From NCBI GenBank assembly GCA_965648915.1, contig CBFGIV010000039.1, positions 1 to 20,879 of the forward strand: 20,879 nt of DNA, in the 5' to 3' direction. Under the pieces are notes generated by a model. It made no database searches, had not been told where the DNA came from, and worked only from the letters and a program-made list of their open reading frames with translations. Made by a program: the position numbers and the translations under genes. The stretch's first letter is position 1. Each line of letters begins with the position of its first letter. The DNA comes from a candidate division WOR-3 bacterium (GTDB lineage Bacteria; Hydrothermota; Tepidihabitantia; SM23-42; CAYGYG01). Shown piece by piece: positions 17,200 to 20,879 of the stretch.

Positions 17200-18578
17200 A
17201 CCATCTCCATTGCTAATTTTAATGCATTCATTTTGTTTAAAGTTTCCTGATATTCTTTCTCAGGAACTGAATCTGCAACAATTCCTGCACCACTTTGAAT
17301 ATAAGCGATATTGTCTTTTATGACAATCGTCCTTATTGCGATACAGAAATCCATATTACCGTTAAAATCAAAATATCCGATTGCACCCGCATACAGTCCT
17401 CTCTTTACTGGTTCTAACTCATCAATTATCTCCATCGCCCTTATCTTTGGTGCGCCAGAGACAGTTCCCGCGGGAAATGAAGAGATAAATAGGTCAATCG
17501 CATCAAGGTCTTGGCGTAATCTTCCGGTAATATTTGATACAATATGCATTACTTTTGAATATTTTTCAATTTTTAAAAGTGCCGTTGGTTTGACTGTTCC
17601 ATATTCACAAACCCTGCCTAAGTCATTTCTTGCAAGGTCAACAAGCATAATATGTTCAGCAAGTTCTTTTTCATCTTTCAGCAGTTCTAAATTCATTTTT
17701 TTATCTTCAATTCTATTTTTCCCCCTTGGTCTGGTTCCAGCCAGGGGCCGGGATATTACAGTTCCATTTTTTAATTTCACAAGTATCTCAGGGGATGAAC
17801 CTAAAATTGTTATACCATTGAGTTTCAGGTAATACATATAGGGCGAAGGATTGGTGAGCCGGAGTGCGCGGTATAACTCAAATGGCGATGCTTCAATTTC
17901 GGACTTGAATCTTTGAGAAAGGACGACCTGGAATATATCACCTGCAAAAATATATTCTTTTGCCTTTTTTACAATATTATAAAATTTATCCGGTTTGAAA
18001 TTGGATTTAAAATTTATAACCCTACTTTTAGGTATGAACCTACAAAGGTCTGACTTTGAATTGAGCACTTCGGCAATGTATTTTAGCCGATTCGGGTCAT
18101 CGTGAAAGATTACAATATTTGCTATATTTAATTTGTGGTCAAAGACTATTATCTCCTGAGGAAATATAAAATATACATCAGGTATTTTCAATTCGTCTGG
18201 GTTATTATCAGGAATCTTTTCAAAATGTCTTATCGCATCATAAGAAATATATCCTACGCCGCCCCCGGAAAAGAGGGCAAAATATGAGGAATTATTATTA
18301 AGGTTAAGGATTTTACGTAAATGCAAAAAGGGGTTACCGAATGTTCTTTCTATCTTATCCGGTGTTAGAATCTGAATAACTTTATTCTTTGCCTTGAAGA
18401 TTATTTTGGGAAATGAACCAATGAATGAGTATCTCCCAAATGAACCGTTAAGTTCTAATGATTCGTATAAGAATCCATACGGCTCATCTCTATATAGTTT
18501 AAAAAATGCCTCAACCGGTGAAAGTTTAAATTTCAATCCCGTTGCTTTAGTATTTTCTTTGAATATATTCTTCACCAC
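17196..18578 (-). CDS. trpE: Anthranilate synthase component I (start could be the second GTG at 18575)
   Basis: LYES, GDIFQVVLS, NPSPYM, SSPEILV, PLAGTRPRG (Ala rather than the PabB Lys), EHIMLVDLARND, GTVSGAPKIRA. Confidence 0.88.
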   Translation of the reverse strand: MVKNIFKENTKATGLKFKLSPVEAFFKLYRDEPYGFLYESLELNGSFGRYSFIGSFPKIIFKAKNKVIQILTPDKIERTFGNPFLHLRKILNLNNNSSYFALFSGGGVGYISYDAIRHFEKIPDNNPDELKIPDVYFIFPQEIIVFDHKLNIANIVIFHDDPNRLKYIAEVLNSKSDLCRFIPKSRVINFKSNFKPDKFYNIVKKAKEYIFAGDIFQVVLSQRFKSEIEASPFELYRALRLTNPSPYMYYLKLNGITILGSSPEILVKLKNGTVISRPLAGTRPRGKNRIEDKKMNLELLKDEKELAEHIMLVDLARNDLGRVCEYGTVKPTALLKIEKYSKVMHIVSNITGRLRQDLDAIDLFISSFPAGTVSGAPKIRAMEIIDELEPVKRGLYAGAIGYFDFNGNMDFCIAIRTIVIKDNIAYIQSGAGIVADSVPEKEYQETLNKMNALKLAMEMV

Positions 18579-19848
18579 AGACCTCTCTTAATATATTAAT
18601 AAATTCAGGAAACGAAATATTTATACAATCCGCGTTTTTAATGACCGTTTCACCCTCAGCAATCAACCCGGCAATCGCAAGGGCCATTGCAATTCTGTGG
18701 TCATTATAACTTTCACATACTGCTCCTTTTAGTTTTGTTGGTCCGTTTATGATTAAGCCATCTTCTATTTCTTCTATATCTGCACATAATTTCTTCAATT
18801 CATTGCATATTGCTTTTATTCGGTCGGTCTCCTTAACCCGTAATTCTTCAGCATCTTTTATTACTGAGCGACCTTTTAACTGTGTTGCCAAGACAGCGAG
18901 TACTGGAATCTCATCAATCAGTCTTGGAATTAAGGAACCAGAGATGGTAAAAGCAAATGGCTTTGACTTTTTTATAACAATATCAGCAATTGGCTCATTG
19001 CAAGAATTTTTTATATTTGCTAATGTTATATCCGCACCATTTTCTTTTAGGACCTCAATTATTCCACAGCGTAATTGATTTATTCCTGTTTCCTTTATGA
19101 TTATTTTTTCAGCAGTCAGAATTCCTAAAACTATAAAGAATGCTGCAGATGAGATATCATTTGGAATATGAATTATTCTTCCTGAAAAGTTTTGCGCAGG
19201 GTAAACAATTATTTTATTCTCTTTTTTTATAAACTTTATATTAAAGAAATCAAAAAGTCTTTCAGTATGGTCCCTTGTAAGGATGGGCTCTTCAATGATT
19301 GTTTCAGAACCAGCATACAATCCCGCAAGCATCAATGCTGATTTCACTTGGGCACTTGCGACTGGAAGTTTATATTCAATCGCCTTCAACTTTTTTCCTG
19401 TTATACTCAATGGTGCAAGTCCGTTTTTCCTGCTTCTTATCTCAGCGCCCATGATTCTTAACGGTTCAATAACCCTTTTCATCGGTCTTTTTCTCAATGA
19501 ATCATCTCCGGTGAGGACTGAATGGAACTCTTGGCCAGCGAGGAGTCCGGTTAATAACCTCATAGTTGTTCCTGAATTCCCGCAATTGAGCACATCTTCT
19601 GGTTCTTTCAGTCCAGAAATGCCTTTACCTTTAATACTGATGCATTCTTTATCTACATAAATCTCTATACCCATTGATTTTAAACATCTCAATGTTGAGA
19701 AACTATCTTCGGCATGAGAGAAATTGTAGATCTTGGTCTCACCATCAGCAATTGCCCCAAGAATCAAACATCGGTGGGTAATTGACTTATCTCCACCAAC
19801 AGAAAACTCTCCAGTAATTCTGTTGCATCTTTTTATACTTAGATTCAT
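18547..19848 (-). CDS. aroA: 3-phosphoshikimate 1-carboxyvinyltransferase (class II EPSP synthase)
   Basis: GDKSITHR, NSGTTMRL, SAQVKS, RDHTE, IDEIP, LRVKETDRI, DHRIAM. Confidence 0.96.
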   Translation of the reverse strand: MNLSIKRCNRITGEFSVGGDKSITHRCLILGAIADGETKIYNFSHAEDSFSTLRCLKSMGIEIYVDKECISIKGKGISGLKEPEDVLNCGNSGTTMRLLTGLLAGQEFHSVLTGDDSLRKRPMKRVIEPLRIMGAEIRSRKNGLAPLSITGKKLKAIEYKLPVASAQVKSALMLAGLYAGSETIIEEPILTRDHTERLFDFFNIKFIKKENKIIVYPAQNFSGRIIHIPNDISSAAFFIVLGILTAEKIIIKETGINQLRCGIIEVLKENGADITLANIKNSCNEPIADIVIKKSKPFAFTISGSLIPRLIDEIPVLAVLATQLKGRSVIKDAEELRVKETDRIKAICNELKKLCADIEEIEDGLIINGPTKLKGAVCESYNDHRIAMALAIAGLIAEGETVIKNADCINISFPEFINILREVCGEEYIQRKY

Positions 19849-20681
19849 CTTAACTCCTTTATTACGGGGTAACTGCCAAGGAATTTGTAGTATACCGATA
19901 CCTCTTCAAGAGTTTCAACGGCATTCCTGCATCTTTCTTCTGCAATGCTTCCTTTAAAATCAATATAAAAGATATACTCCCATGGTTTTCCAATGATTGG
20001 TCTGGATTCAAGTTTTACTAAATCAATATTCCGTAAAGCAAAGATACTCAAGGAGCGAAAGAGAATTCCTGGTTCATTTTTGACACCAAATACTAAGGAA
20101 GATTTTGCATCATTACCTGAATAAATTTTTTCTTTTTTTGAAAGTATTAGGAATCTGGTAAAATTCATTTGATTATCTTCGATCTGCTTTATCAGTATCT
20201 TCAATCCATATATTGACTCAATCTGTGGACCCGCAATAATTCCTACATCCTTTCTATTCTTTTTTATGACAGCCTCGGCCGCACCTGCAGAATCAAAAAA
20301 CGATATGAATGTATACTCAGGATTCTTTGATATAAATTTTCGGCATTGTTCTAAGGCTGCAGGATGAGACCAGATTTCTTTTATATCCTCTATTCTTCCA
20401 AGTGCAAAGAGGTTATAAGATATCCTCAGCTCCACTTCAGCAATAATCCAAAGTTCGTTTGTCAATAGGAGGTCATAATTTTTATGGAGACTGCCCATTA
20501 ATGAATTCTCTATAGGTAGTATTGCGTATGCCTCGGGCACGTTATTCAGTGCATTGACAGCATCTTCAAAACTTTTTAAACCGCTCGATTCTATCTTATC
20601 GCCGAAATAAATCTTTCCTGCAAGTTCACTATAGGCACCTTTCGTGCCTTGAAAATAGACCTTTATTTTATTTTCATTCAT
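19845..20681 (-). CDS. pheA: Monofunctional prephenate dehydratase with ACT domain
   Basis: FQG..GAYSE, PIENS, SHP.ALEQC, TRF, LESRP, WEYIFYID, FLGSYP. No chorismate mutase domain. Confidence 0.93.
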   Translation of the reverse strand: MNENKIKVYFQGTKGAYSELAGKIYFGDKIESSGLKSFEDAVNALNNVPEAYAILPIENSLMGSLHKNYDLLLTNELWIIAEVELRISYNLFALGRIEDIKEIWSHPAALEQCRKFISKNPEYTFISFFDSAGAAEAVIKKNRKDVGIIAGPQIESIYGLKILIKQIEDNQMNFTRFLILSKKEKIYSGNDAKSSLVFGVKNEPGILFRSLSIFALRNIDLVKLESRPIIGKPWEYIFYIDFKGSIAEERCRNAVETLEEVSVYYKFLGSYPVIKELR

Positions 20682-20879
20682 AATACCCTTCCCATTGCGG
20701 ATGCAATCTTTTTAATATCTGCCATCAATTCCTTGAAGACTTCAACCTTTATTGATTGTTTACCATCAGAAAGAGCATTTGCAGGGTCAGGATGGACCTC
20801 AACGATTACACCATCTGCACCTGCAGCAATACCTGCACGCGCAAGTGGATTTACATACCTCCAGTCACCTGAGGCGTGG
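20678..20879 (-). CDS. aroF: DAHP synthase class I-beta, C-terminal fragment (5'-partial)
   Basis: Hand translation: HASGDWRYVNPLARAGIAAGADGVIVEVHPDPANALSDGKQSI...MGRVL-stop. TGA at 20678-20680 overlaps the pheA ATG. Confidence 0.92.
   Translation of the reverse strand, partial: HASGDWRYVNPLARAGIAAGADGVIVEVHPDPANALSDGKQSIKVEVFKELMADIKKIASAMGRVL

Noticed and set aside
11519..19957. Long antisense ORFs (e.g. 12571-13032, 17311-17832, 18749-19078, 19283-19660)
   Set aside because: They lie opposite conserved enzymes and have no recognisable motifs.
20670..20700. Possible in-frame AroF-PheA fusion
   Set aside because: The minus strand reads GTA TTA TGA: aroF stops and pheA starts in another frame through an ATGA overlap.

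Overview
Bacterial genomic DNA, probably from an FCB-group lineage such as candidate phylum WOR-3 (inferred from the T9SS-type C-terminal domain proteins; not provable here). Left to right: (-) partial secreted Asp-box/BNR protein that the ORF track missed, preceded by three helically phased 11-bp direct repeats at its -35 position; (-) pseudo-receiver protein with a coiled-coil tail; (-) FG-GAP/VCBS protein with a T9SS CTD and an intrinsic terminator; (+) tldD - TPR lipoprotein - pyrK - pyrD - pyrF - pyrE operon; (+) heavily decayed gingipain-like (peptidase C25) pseudogene; (-) MBL hydrolase, acyl-CoA carboxyltransferase beta, BNR propeller protein and a small basic two-repeat 'FGSW' protein; (-) AT-rich, translationally coupled aroF-pheA-aroA-trpE-trpG-hisD operon closed by a terminator. 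I saw no rRNA, tRNA, CRISPR array, integrase, transposase or reverse transcriptase. Nothing here proves a new system. The best leads are the phased-repeat promoter next to the pseudo-receiver gene, the compositionally distinct mixed aro/trp/his operon, the SprE/PorW-like TPR lipoprotein, and the nuclease-free repeat protein.
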